From NCBI GenBank assembly GCA_002633005.1, contig NMRA01000050.1, positions 1,124,718 to 1,188,717 on the forward strand: DNA of 64,000 nucleotides. The letters run 5' to 3'. Made by a program: the position numbers and the translations under genes. The notes below the pieces were generated by a model. The model was not told the origin of the DNA and did no database searches. It saw nothing but the letters and a program-made list of their open reading frames with translations. Position 1 is the first letter of the stretch. Each line of letters starts with the position of its first letter. Shown here one piece after another: positions 33,901 through 46,700 of the stretch. This DNA comes from Phoronis australis (lineage: Eukaryota; Animalia; Phoronida).

Positions 33901-36900
33901 AGCACGCCACTTTCTGTCATTTGGTCACTTTCCGTCTAATAACTAAAAATCTGGTGCATGTATCAAAAAACCCTGGCACGCGATTTTACTTCAGTTCTAA
34001 AGGATTTCAAATTGCCAATTTCGTGAAAATTGACTCACGTGTTGCAAAAAATACGCCCAAATCTTGTCACTACCCTGAAATCACGAGCCGAACGGCTTTG
34101 AACTTAAGCGGCATCGATTGCTACTTGAGGTCAAAGTTCGTTTAGAAGGCGCCGTCATAATGTTTCAATTTTTGTTGATGTGCTAGAAATAAAGCTGATA
34201 TATACTTCATGCTTAGAAAATGTGACATACCTGTTTGTTTACAGCCTAATTTTAATCATTTTTACTAACTTGTGAAGCACAACAGACGACCAAAACAAAC
34301 ATGGCTGTCACGTGGGCGGAGCTCAGCGTTGATCTGTTGTCTGCTGTTCTGGTGTGCCGACCACACATCATTAAAAACATGTGTTGATTGTTTATGCGAC
34401 TCACCTGAACTCTCCACTCAGAGTGGTAAAAGACTCTCTAACTATATTACGTAGACCCGAGGCCTGACTAAGGCTGAAGCGCGTTCGATGGGAAGCTACT
34501 TTCGATCAGCATTAGTATTCCAATATCATATGTAGTTACCGTCTTTTCATAAACCAATATATGTGTTATATCACAAAGCCGCGTTACTGTCTACATGACA
34601 ACATTGGCGACGAGAACAAAGAACTACTTTCATCGTAATGGTTCAACATTTTCACCTGCCTGTACCGCCAACATTTTGACCGAATGGACATTGCGATGAG
34701 AATATAGCACTTTTTGCGCAAATATGGTCGCTTGGGTGAGATTCTAAAGTTACGAAAGTTTCTTACCTTGGTTTCCACTAAAATCTCATAACAACATCAT
34801 GATTTTTAATTCAGGGATAGGTTTGAATCTGGGCACCAGAACAATTTTGTTATGTTGAAAACTGGGTCATTTCCCTACTTCTTTAGGTTACGGCAGGCGG
34901 CAATTTATTAAATCCACTGAGTTTGGCAGCCTAGTTTCTTTACGGCGCGGTCCTAGCACAGAAGCACGGTTTATCTCCAAAAACTCTACTCTGATGGCAT
35001 GTAGTTGTCCATGTCTCGCGCGCACGGCGGGTCTTCATAGCGCGTGCGTGCACTCTCATCAAATCGTGCAACACCACCTACGTCGACACTCATCGTCCTT
35101 TCGAAAGACACCTCACCTTTCGACTTCTGTTGCACACGCATAGTTTCTGCACTGACTCCTCAAGCTGAATGTAGCAATGGCTTCGATTGGACTTGGCTTA
35201 CTCAATTTTTTACAGGTGAACAAACAGGCTCAGGCTCGGATCAGGAGTTCACCATTTCACCATCAACTTTCACATGGTCAAAAATAGAAATATTTTATTC
35301 TTGGTCTCGCTACAACATCTATGTCAGCTGGTACAGCACTCTAAATGGCCCGGTTACACAATGCTTGTTGACAGGGTTAGATTAGAGCTAGTGTCCTTGT
35401 ATACATGTAAGCTCCGCCCCACTTGTCAGTCACTGAGCTGGTGAGCAGTCAAGCCATATGACTTACTGAAGCTTGGTCAAATATAATTAAAAAAACAAGT
35501 TTGGATTTTCAGAATGATTTTATTTTTCTTCACTATACTGTGCACCAAAAATTAAATATTAGGGTGAGATAAAAATGTAAAAAACTGTCAAAATTATTTT
35601 TGTGTGTATCCACTTGCCTTAAATCGACCAGAGTGATTCAAGAAAGGTTTCTGAAGCTTAAATAGCGGTGAAACACAATAAACATTGGGGCCGAAATTTG
35701 GGGCTTGGGGCTTCGTACATTTTTGCCACCCCACACACACTAAAGAAAACCTCCATGCGCTTACGGTTGATATTGTTGTTACGTGATTGGACATTGCTTA
35801 ATTTCCAAAAACGATATTTCCACTGGTTGTGCATCTAAATAATACATTGATAGTTTACTTAATAAGTGATTTAAAACACTATATTCATTAACATTTTTCA
35901 TGTCATCCTCACGAAAATTAATTTTGAGGAGGAAAATGAAAAAAATGAGTGTACTAATTAAATATTAATATAAAATAGTATTAAACCTGACTCTAGAACC
36001 TATTCGGGCCTCGTAAAGCCGTTGCCAATAATCGCACCTGTTTCCGTGGGGGAGGTGATTATGACAATATCTCTAAGACAGATATTTACCCCTGACAGTC
36101 GATGGAATATGCGACAGTATTGCGGCTGGGGAAATAGTTGTAGAGCTTGCCGTTGAACCATGTGATCAGCAGATACCTCCAGCGACCTGCGACACCGGTT
36201 GGCCATTCGGGACTGGTCTGATTGGATTGTCAATTACCCTTGAAGAAAATGACATGGGAAAGACAGCAGGTGGGTTGGTGGAAGAAGTCACCTTAAGCGT
36301 GACGTAAACGTTCACATTCAAATTCATTTTCCTGTCTTAGGTGTAAAAGATTATTGAAAAACATGTTCCACTGTTTGACTTGAGTGTGCGATACCAATTT
36401 CTACTTTCAACTGTTCCCATTATATGTGCTGCACGTGATCCCCTTCTCCAGTGCAGAACACTCTAAAATTTGATAACAGAAGCTGTCCTGTCAGGAACTA
36501 CTCCAACGTTGGTAGGATGAAAAGAGTGTTCGTTTACTCACTCACACCATTAAATAAATCGAGAAGATTACATGTATCTCAGTGGCATGGGATATGACCT
36601 TTGTCGGAAAATCGGACAAAAGCAACATTACCAATTTCTTAAAATCACCAAAATTTAGAGGTCAGTTAACTGTTCCTCAATCCTATGTTCCACAACTGAT
36701 GTTCCCCCATCTCTATGTTTCCCGTCCCAATTCCTCCGGGTGATGTTCTTTTGTTGGATCTGGAGTGCATAAGCTTAGGCATGTGCGCCAATACCGTTAC
36801 GAAAAAGAAAACTTTTTTTAACTCTCAGAGTACAAGGGGAGTATACATGTAGCATGTTTGCGCTTTTTGCTGTACTTGGTAAATGCCCATGAGAATCAGG

Positions 36901-37133
36901 TAAGGTATTTGATTAACGATGACGAGCAAATGCAGTTTGTTTTACCTTCAATTGTTCAAGTTTATTGTATGCGATAGGGATTTTGAAACAGAAATTTAAA
37001 TTACGTGTATGTGGACAGGCTTTTACCGTTTTAATAGTTACTGTGTTAATTACTGTTGTTGTTATCATCAATATTCTTGTTATTGTTATTGTTATTGTTA
37101 TTGTTGCTATTATTATCATTATTGTCATTGTTG

Positions 37134-37167
<34 letters not shown>

Positions 37168-40100
37168 CTTCATCATGTTTCATACCCATTTGGAAAATCT
37201 TGAAAATGTGGAAATAAATAATTCGGAACGTAACGAACATAGGCTGCCATTTGTGATCGTGATACATGTTAATGAGCGACCGTCACCTACCGATCAAAAA
37301 CATAGCAAAAACAGCGCATAAAATTTATGATGGAGACTGACTGAAATTGAATGATGGAGAAGTCAGGAGCATTTGACAGCTTAGGAGATCATAATTTTTT
37401 TTTTACCCGATTCATGTAAAACCTATGCGCCGTAGTAGTAGATAAGGTAGTTATCTTAACGTGAAGCTGACTCACCACCTAACGTATAGTCAGGAAACCA
37501 GTCAGTGAAGTTGACACTGATACGGTTGGAATTCTCCTTTTCTCATAATTTTATTCTTCAATAATATACATTGATAATTTTTAAAGGGTGAAAGGGTGAA
37601 CAAGAAAAAGGGGCAAGGACTTTCACTCACACACTCATTCACACACTTCATCATTTAATGATAATACTACTAAACAATATATGAGTTAAGTATATAACAG
37701 ATATTACAGATTCATTGCATGGCAGCACCGAGGCTCTCCCACATTTTAATATTAATATTGTCCGGTTATTTTTGTTTTTGAAAATTAAATATCGAAATTT
37801 TAATATATTTTGACATGAATATTTTAAGGGCAGACCAATCTGGATGCAAGTGCTGTTGACTACATAAATAAATAAAATATTGGGCGATGATTTCATTTTT
37901 GGTTATTCTGACTTCTTCCTTAAGGAAAGGTGTCAAAATGTCCTGAACATTAATCAACAATCTTTGCACTACATCACAAAGGAAAAACATGTGTTCAGTA
38001 CTCTGTACTAGATTACAATAGGGGCATTTATCTGAATTAACAATCTTCATCTTATATAACAAAAAGTTAGTATACACTCTGTTATGTAACAACATATACT
38101 TAAAAGAATTCTCCATGACTTAAGCTACTGAGGGTAGCGTGAGGTGACATACTCCATGACACAGGTCTAGTAGTGAACAAGATGATTCTGATTTTATGAC
38201 GGTAAATGGTCTAAATCAAAAGTTTCTCAAGAGGTGGCGTGGACATGTTGCTTAGGCTCACTCCATGAATATCGTGCTTGAAATAAATCCGCAGACTCAT
38301 TTCAGCCTTATTTTTCCCATGCATGTCAAGGACACCCTATCAAAATGCTTTTTTGAAACATGATTGTATGTCTTCATTAAAACTCAAACTGCAGGTATTT
38401 GTTCTTCGCTGTCGCGATTCAACATTCAGCAAGCACTCATAGACAAAGACATCGTCAGTAAAAATGGGACCCTTTGGGTAAGACATTTTTAATTATCTAG
38501 AAACTGCGATACTTTCGTTCAGAAAGCTTTTCAACAATTCTAAGCTAAACTTTCTTTCTTCATTAAGAGTTTGCGCCCTACTGTCTGTGTTTGTGGGGTA
38601 AGAACTTGACGTCGATGACAAAGTTGCATGTAATGGAGTGCAAAAACGGTGACGAAATCGATGAAATGGAAGAACGATACTGCGGTAGAAACGACGGTAG
38701 TAATGCTAACGAGTGTCCATATTTATACTTTGTATTACATGCAACCTACTAACTTTGGCAATATTAATGATGTTACTATGTTCTACAGTCTCGAGAGTTT
38801 GAGAAGCGTGCAGACGACACTGCTATCCACGTGATATTTATTGGCACGCTCATGGTGCAGGGCCTCGGTTTAACTCAATGGACAATACTCTTTAACGGCA
38901 GCACGTGTAAGGATCCTGGACCTGTCAGTGGAATTCTGACTAATGATCGCGAGTTCGGTACAATGGACTCCACAAACGGAGGTGAGAAACAGTAGTGCTG
39001 ACAAACTACATGACAAATACTTCCACTGTTGGTACAATTTTCCGCCGTTGATACCTACATGTACATCTCCTAGAGTTGGATAATTCACCGACTGGTCTTA
39101 AAACGTCTTCAGTTGGCGTTTCGATCGGTCATTATTCGGACCCAGTTTGTAGTAACCGAATTCAGACTCAATTTTGTCTCGAACATGCGGCTTAATTAAT
39201 CTTCGGTTATGGCATTATTTAACTACTGATTCGTTAGATTACTAAACCAGGCCTTAGAATTGATCAATTTTCGAGTGTTGAGTCGATTATGTAATCAATC
39301 TCCCATGAACACGTGAGCAGAAAGCGTCCATGTTTGGTAGGCTACAACTCCAGTTGGTACACCCATTCACAGTGCTACAGGAGGTAGGGTTTTGTAGACT
39401 TTCTCGTGGCCACCACCCTATGGTCAGTGCTGTCACGCAGTGCAGTTTAAAAACTATAGGTAATATGAACCTGACAATAAGCGAAAATTAGTCATTAGAA
39501 AATGTGTTTCACGGTCGACACCTCACGGCAAAACGCCGAATTTTTTGTGAAGATGCTACATGTATGTACATGAAACATGTGATGTTGCTGTTACAGGAGC
39601 ACATTTCTAAAAATTCGTAGTCGTTTCTCCTGCTCTTTCCGTTTCACCTACTGACCAAAATGAAAAATACATGTAAATCAGATGTCTGCTATTCACAGAA
39701 AAATATCACTCGCGATCACAGTGGACTGAGAGGACTAGCTACTCGTATCGGCTTTTCATGAGAAAACATTGAAAAGCCATCGGGGAACAAGTACATGTAA
39801 ACCCGCCAAGCATTGTTTGTTGACCAGTAACAGGTGAGGTGTTGGTCGCAAAAAGGTCCAGCGTGTCCAATGGTTCTGATCGTGGGATCACTGGTATGAC
39901 GTTATAACTTATGGCTATGACGATGGAAATTTCTTGTCCATCAAAGAACACTTTCATTTCATACCCGATCCTACTACATATGCTGTTGAATTTGATACAG
40001 ACTGTGTTTGATCTTCATCTTTTTAGTCGATGGTATCTGTAATGGACTGGCTTCCGGTAAAATGAATGTATCACTACACGCTTCCACAAACAATGGGGAT

Positions 40101-43100
40101 ATAACCGTTGCTATAGGTTATGGAAGCCCAAGTAGATGGATTGTTGAAGAGATGAGGATGGGATTTCCTAATGCAGTGGGTAAGTTACTCTGTTAGAAAA
40201 GATGTGCGTGTAATTTTAAAATAATCTGAACAGTATGATCATTCAAATTATTTTATGCGCACGCTTTAATACATTAGGGTTTTAAATTGCCGCGCATCGC
40301 TGAAGAGCGTCCGGTGTCCAGTGCTGCGTCTCCAAAAAACCCTAGAGTCTTTCGTGAAAGTTGCCTGATGCGTTCCTGTGGAAATGACGACGGGTCAAGT
40401 CCATTTTCGATGTATCCGACTACCTATCTGCCTCTAGTTGCAATTTTAGCATTTGCGTTTGTATCTTTGAGGTCCGTTGAGAAGTTAATTACGAAATTTG
40501 GCAAATAGATTTTTAGAAAACGACGACAACGTCGCATTTTCGGACCGATTTCACCATGTGGCCATTTGATTATGTCAGAATTTTTTTATTTTTTTTGGCG
40601 TCTGCAGGTTTAAGACGGATCTGAGTTCCGCTATTCTACCTAGTGACAATTTTAGTGTTTTTTTTTAATTAACTTTTGTATCTTCCAAGCTCGTTTGCAA
40701 ATGTTCGCAAAATTTGTCAGACTGGTTTCTGTAAAGAAGAAAATAACTCTGCCTCATTTTTGGATAAATCTATAGTCTGTTTAGTCCTTCAAACGGTTCT
40801 ATGCATCATAATGTAAATTGCCAAATGTGTTAAGGCTGTAAGGCGTCAGGTGACATTGATTTTCAAACGGGTGCTAGCACTGTGACGTCACCTAGTTGTG
40901 TTTTTGCATCCACTACTGTATATCCAAAACAGTTTGCAAGTATCTTTCTATTGTGGATACAATGACGCTTCCCGATTTTTGTTGGGTTTGACGTGTGCTG
41001 CGTCACCTAGTGGCCATTGTTATGGTACTCATGAACATCGCCCCCCATAACCATGCCGTTTGCGGTGCAGTTGAGGGCACATTTGAATACTTGCGTTACT
41101 CTTGTTTTCATCATCCAGGCACAAGCCTACTACTCTCGTCTTGTAACACAGTTTACGTAACATCTTGCAACACGTGTCCTCACTGCAAAGAGATTTTTTT
41201 CTCAAAAGTGTGATATATTAATCCAATTATTGCATTTCCTTTCTCACTCTCACAAATATTTTGCTCTGTTTGATGACCCAGTTCATAAATTCAATTAATT
41301 TGACTTTGAATTCGAAACGTAGGGCAGCGGTAATTAGGTGCGAATTTGGTCGATGTACTCAGAACGTACTCGATAAACTCATGAACATAAACACTTCATT
41401 TTTGAGATCGTACTGAAGCAGCTATAAGCTTATCTTCCGTTGTAGAAACCAATTTGTGTTTTTTAACAACGATATACTTGTGAAATTAGCCTCAACTTGT
41501 TGCTTGCAGATATCAAGAGTAATTTTTGGTCTTGTACAAAAACTGGCAGCTCGTTATTGCTCGTAATCAAATGAGGTGACACGCTGTGACAAACCAATTT
41601 GTAGCTCCTCTTCTAAAAATAACAAACTGCCAAGACCTTTCAATAAAGACGTCACGTGTTTATAGCTGGCTCAAGTAAAACAGAAACTATCAAAACTTGG
41701 CGGGAATTAATGCTTGAATTCGAGGCTAGATAATAGATAGCCAAGATGGTATACTCCAATCATTTCCAAGGCCGAGTGAAATCTCGTAATTGCAGCACAT
41801 TTTTTGTGAAATACATGTAATTGTCTCCGTTCATTTGCAGATGTGACATATGGCGAAAGCCCATGCTCCGTTGCCGATTACAACATACAGCAATGGTATT
41901 GGCACAGTGGGGACCCTACAGATGTGGGAATTTTAAAATTCGTAAGATTTCTGGCCCTAACCAATTATAACATCGACAATCAAATTTTCTCTTGTGTGTT
42001 ATTTAGCCCATTGGCGTTAGAATGAAACCCCATGCCTCAATTCCTTTTATTTTTACGATACGGTCAGTTTGTGTTTGACTATATATATACATGTAGATAT
42101 AGTTGCAGACGTAGACGTAGACGTAGACGTAGACGTAGCTGTTGATGTAGATGTAGATATATATGACGAGGTATTGCGGAATAACAGTACATGATGCGGG
42201 CTATGTGAGCCACTCCAAGGTACGTTATAATTAGCGCAAAGGTCACCAATTTGCTGGAATTTTTGTTTTTACATTTACAATTTGTCAATGAATACAACTA
42301 CACTTTTAGCGTAGATAATGTTTAAAGAGCATTGTAGTTTAGTTCCTGCCATACATTAGTATAGTTAGAAGCATGTAAATACATCTTCAACCCGGATCCA
42401 TTGTAGAACACAGGCGTTTGCAGAGTGACAGATGAAATACTAAAATCGGAGAGTGAAGGCAGATCATTAAATAACATATCGTGCACTTAGTCTATAGGTG
42501 GCGCTGCGTGAGAGGGTAATACGACTTAATGGATCTGGGTGTCGTACACAACTGCTGTTTGGCACATAAACGGACCTCGTAGAGTACGCTTGTGAAATAG
42601 TTTTAGACGATGTTTTGGTACATAGAGCCACTGCACACGGACAGCTACAAGCTGAACTTTACGTCTCAAATGAAAGATCAGTGATAAAAGTATCACAAAA
42701 ATTGAATGAAAAAACTGTCAATTCATTCATTTATTCTCGATTTGACTTGTGCTGTCAGCACAGCTATCGTTCACTTGATGCAAACAGTTCAGCTCGTATC
42801 TCTGCGTCTGCAGTGACCCTTAGACCTATATATCTTCAAATTTCAGAATGTCTCGTTTCATAAACAGTCTTCAACGAGTTACCTCCGTGTTTACTACCAT
42901 GGTGCACTACGGCAAACTAACTTGTGTTCCAAGTGGTATTTCTTGCTAAACAACAAACCCTGCGAGGAACCAGGAACAATAGCGGGAGGAATTTACTCGG
43001 AGGTTTTGCACCATGGTGGAATCAACGACCAGGATCACGTGATGATGAGTAAGTACACGTGTGTAACATCTCCGTCATACCAGGGGGTACAATAAAAGAT

Positions 43101-43729
43101 GAGGCTTTCCATGCTGCTATGGTCGCGAGATAGTTGTGATGGCAAGTCTCGGTTTCTGGAAGAGTAAGTTTTGTGTACAACTTCCTCCAAGCGTTCACTT
43201 TGGTAGATTTAAAAGCCTACTATACCCTGCTTTGATGATTTCCACCAATTCTCGTTCTGTCACCTATTATTGCATCATTGACGTCAATCTTGCAAGTTAA
43301 AGACTGGAATCAACTGAAAACTCATACTTCCCTATATTTTCTCGTTTTGAGCATATTGAATTAACAACTTTGATATGCTGAGTTACGGCGGAACTGAATG
43401 GTGGCGTATGCGTAGTAATCGCCAAGTATTACAAACGGTTACCTCTTTTATTGCAAAAGTACGTTGTTGAACGTTGATTTATGTTAGCATTTACGTTTTA
43501 AAAAGCCACACAAAGGCAGGGAATGAGGGCAAACAGTTGCTTTGTTGCACCTACACTGTACGATATACTTATTTGATCTGTTTCAGTTGATGGTTTCTGC
43601 ATGTTGCCGGCAGGCGAGATTACAATCCAATTGTACGTCGACTCTTGCGATGGAATCTACGGAAATGACGCGTACACGTGTAATGGTGGATGTCGGATAG
43701 TTGCGCAAGAAGTGTGCGTAAACGAGTAA
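30655..43729 (+). CDS. Gene B: tandem paralogue of gene A, signal peptide + PAN/Apple-like + 3 CTHRC1 C-terminal-like domains (~546 aa, 10 exons)
   Basis: Exons 30655-30958, 31477-31571, 33079-33274, 36099-36269, 38395-38477, 38789-38981, 40027-40179, 41841-41941, 42847-43048, 43587-43729. All introns GT-AG, same phases as gene A, open frame of 1641 nt incl. TAA, no assembly gap. Confidence 0.9.
31477..31571 (+). CDS. Gene B exon 2
   Basis: ttttcag|GTTNECTDMGATNLQHFYYPSFHSTTKHGIVT|gtaaat. Confidence 0.85.
31978..32806. mobile_element. MITE with GGATTGTTC..AAAC TIRs and (ACGACCC)-like subterminal repeats
   Basis: aggattgttcaaaaaccctcttgaccc vs gggtcgaggaagtttgagaacaatcct; a related element lies at ~17568-18030. 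Confidence 0.5.
33079..33274 (+). CDS. Gene B exon 3
   Basis: ttatag|DMTYDKKLNHTSLRVQFRAVL...CTRWYFRINGQPCQHPGPIE...YHSSR|gtaagt. Confidence 0.9.
33594..35618. mobile_element. Possible second TTAA-flanked (Kolobok-like) non-autonomous element in gene B intron 3
   Basis: TTAA at 33590-33593 and 35619-35622; imperfect TIR GGGGAGTG..ATACAC / GTGTATCCACTTGCC; no second copy in the window. Confidence 0.4.
36099..36269 (+). CDS. Gene B exon 4
   Basis: tgacag|VDGICDSIAAGEIVVELAVEPCDQQIPPATCDTGWPFGTGLIGLSITLEENDMGKTA|gtgggt. Confidence 0.87.
37040..37176. repeat. (ATT/GTT/ATC)n microsatellite
   Basis: tattgttattgttattatcattatcatt... Confidence 0.9.
37555..38118 (-). mobile_element. 3' fragment of an L1/Tx1-like LINE (zf-RVT region)
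   Basis: FKYMLLHNRVYTNFLLYKMKIVNSDKCPYCNLVQSTEHMFFLC matches the C-x2-C...H-x4-C zf-RVT pattern; frameshifted downstream; boundaries approximate. Confidence 0.75.
38395..38477 (+). CDS. Gene B exon 5
   Basis: ctgcag|GICSSLSRFNIQQALIDKDIVSKNGTLW|gtaaga. Confidence 0.85.
38789..38981 (+). CDS. Gene B exon 6
   Basis: ctacag|SREFEKRADDTAIHVIFIG...QWTILFNGSTCKDPGPVSGIL...STNG|gtgaga. Confidence 0.9.
40027..40179 (+). CDS. Gene B exon 7
   Basis: tttttag|VDGICNGLASGKMNVSLHA...SPSRWIVEEMRMGFPNAV|gtaagt. Confidence 0.9.
40280..41106 (+). mobile_element. More degraded relative of the HINE-like repeat (gene B intron 7)
   Basis: Same subunit motifs (cctagtggcca, caattttag, aaatttggca) and similar 3' end gcggtgcag...gcgttactcttgtt. 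Confidence 0.5.
41841..41941 (+). CDS. Gene B exon 8
   Basis: ttgcag|DVTYGESPCSVADYNIQQWYWHSGDPTDVGILKF|gtaaga. Confidence 0.88.
42085..42165. repeat. (GTAGAC/GTAGAT)n microsatellite
   Basis: gtagacgtagacgtagac... Confidence 0.85.
42847..43048 (+). CDS. Gene B exon 9
   Basis: tttcag|NVSFHKQSSTSYLRVYYHGALRQTNLCSKWYFLLNNKPCEEPGTIAGGIY...DHVMM|gtaagt. Confidence 0.9.
43587..43729 (+). CDS. Gene B exon 10 (stop)
   Basis: gtttcag|IDGFCMLPAGEITIQLYVDSCDGIYGNDAYTCNGGCRIVAQEVCVNE*. Confidence 0.9.
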
Positions 43730-46700
43730 CTTTCTGTGATTAGTCTGAAATGTTGTCTTGCTATCTGCATGTTTCTGTGGTAACTGTTAGGCCTTCGTGC
43801 CGAAGAAAGGTAGGGAAACCTTGAAAACACTTCGCGATCCAACATTTCGCAAAGTACATTTAACAGCAGGGCGTCGTATCTTTTAAAAACATTGCCAATG
43901 CTTAGTCGAAGGCTTTCTACGCGATATTTCTCGCCTCGGGTTTTTCATTAGAGCTTTCATTATGTGTTATGTATTCGATTTAAGATAAAGAGTAGCATTA
44001 GTTATAGAAAAATGACGATTAAAAGACGATGGCTCGAGTTACAGAAAGTCACGTAGTTTTCACCATTTTTGATAACAGATTTAATACATTAAATTTGGTG
44101 AATGATAAAGAATGCACTTGGCTAAATTTTATTTTCAAATACGGCAGTTCTACTTAAATGCATGGTCACGTCACCACGGAATGTCACAGTGTTGTCAATG
44201 ATTTGAATATATTCGCCTTCACTCGTGGCTCCAGAAAATATATACTTTTATGCATTGACAGCTGCTAGTTACATAGATATTTAGAGTGAAAGATCATACG
44301 GTATATCAGTCTGTGATCAAGGTATCCTTAAAGACCACTGCCGCACCGGTGTAGCTGTTATTGGTTGCGTTAATGTTTTTGGATATGTATCATCAACTGA
44401 AAAATGCCGCATCAGTTTTCAAGAAAATAACGTAGATGAACCAAGCAGTTCTAATTCATTGCGTTAGACTGGTACGTACATGACCATTGAAAGCCATATT
44501 TGACAATTTTAAGCCCAACCAATTCCCTCCCCTCTCATTCCGAGGGCCCACCCTACTAATACAGAGAGCTACGCACATGGAATGTTAATAAGTTCAGGTC
44601 ATATCTCACGCATGTGGTAAAACGAGCCGTGAGGATTTACCTCGTGAGGTGAGGCGAATGTCTCTCTTGTTGCATTCCTTTTACATGACGTGCATGAATC
44701 TTCACAGCACGCAGCCGAGTTAAACTATTAGTGCTTAGTCCCAACGAACTTCCGGGTGTACAAAACTATCGAGTCCCTCATTTGGGACCCCACTCCGAGA
44801 TTGACTGTTTAAGAGAAAATGGATGCACATGTAAAGTAAAACCGGAAAAGAGGGCCCCTAAACATGAGGGGACATGGGATATTGAAAACACGACATTGGC
44901 AACCATGGTGGCTCTCTGGTCCAGAGCTGTAGTGGTAAAATTTGAGGTAAGTAGGCGTTCAACGCCCACCAGTGGGTATTTACTTAGAGTCTGCAGTGGC
45001 GACCCTCGGATGTCCCAGAAAGGGGCCCAACCACACATATATCAAGGCATTCCAAGCGGTCACTGAAGTGGGGGGTCAAACACAAGTTTAAAGGAAAAGA
45101 GGTGCGTCACGCCCAGAAACGATATAATGGCGCTGTTTTTTTAGTCACCCGTGGGGTGTATCCTCGGGCCCTTTATCCGCCTATGGTGTGACACCATAAT
45201 TGTTACATTACCTGGAAATAATAATCTAAAATTTCATTACTCGGCGAACATATGTCACTCCATACGCTTCAAAGACTAATTACAGAAACACGAGGCTACA
45301 CAACCCTAGTGTTTTCAAGAGCTGAATACCATGCACAATGTGCATACGTTGCATGCACTCATATTCGATGCAGAAACTATAAGTAGGGTTTTCATGGAAA
45401 CAGCTGTTCTTATTTTTTTCATTTAATTTGAAAATTAGTGAAACACCAGGTGCTAGAGACCGCGCCGGAATATTCGGCAACTATGCTGTCGTCAACGTAG
45501 CAGTGCTGCGATACCGTAAGCTATTGCATTAAGACTACAGTGTATGTACGCCCCACTACACAGTCAGTTACTGTGCGTAGGCGCTACGTTAAGATGTAGA
45601 AAGATGGTTGGCTGCGCCTACGTGCGCCTACGCCCTACTACAGCACTGCTCTGGTCACATTGGGTTACAATATTATGGAATGATATATTGAAAAATAAAG
45701 GAAAAAAGCAACAATTATTCCACGTTGTCAGTGAATTCTGATTAATGTATATAGGAGAACATTTCTTGGGTACTTCTACCTGGCAACTCACATTTTCATG
45801 TATGCCTGTTATTTTCAATTCAGGAGTGTTGAAAACTGATGTCTGTTGTATGATAAGTGCCTTTTAAGTATTAAAATACCTCCACTCCACAATTACTTTT
45901 AGACATTTGGCATGATACTCCAACTTCACAGTTAGAAAATAAAGATTTATTCACTTAATTATGAGCACAACCCCGCCTGAAAATAACATGTACAAATTTT
46001 CTCAGTTAGTAACAGAAAAGTGCATACTATCATATTCTTTTTAAAGTGAGTTTCAATTATTTTTACAAACAGTCATGTGGAGCGTAAGACAAAATTTCTG
46101 CTAATAGGTCGTCAGTTGTTTCCAAGAAACAGGCCCATTAACTAGAAATACCTGCCAGAAAATAAAAAAGGTAAATAAAAACGTTCTGCCTCTTTTGGTC
46201 GCTTATTAATTTATTAAAAATGAAGTTTTTAGGGACTGACTTGGCTCGCATGTTAAGTAGCATCAGGGTATCACAGACTGAAATGGTAGATGTAGATTTT
46301 ATATTTACCACTAGTGCCTCAGTGCGAAATCCACGTCTTGTCTATTTTCAAGTACCGTTAAAACCTTTTAGTCCAAGTTAACAAAGTTGATGATCACAAA
46401 TCTGATCATGAAAAGGAAGACAGTAAACTACCCTCCACAGCTTGATCGGGGACGGCACAGTGTAAATCTTCTTGATCTCTCTTATTCGTGCGTCTTCCTT
46501 TCACCAAAGCTGGGATTCCATTTTATCCCGCCCCCGGGTGATAAGCCCATGGTTGTTGCCACCACGGCATCGGCCCCGATTCCTGCAAATTGTATTGGTC
46601 CTTAACTCCCCTCCTGCATCATAAGGCCTACAAACGGTTACAACGGAGACAATTTCGTGACGTAAAACATCACAATTCCATAACTTGACTAAAAACCTGA

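Noticed and set aside
36913-37321. Asn/Asp-rich (DNNDNDN), Ile/Val-rich and Cys/Tyr-rich ORFs resembling biomineral proteins
   Set aside because: All are frames of one intronic trinucleotide microsatellite, with no splice support and no counterpart in gene A.
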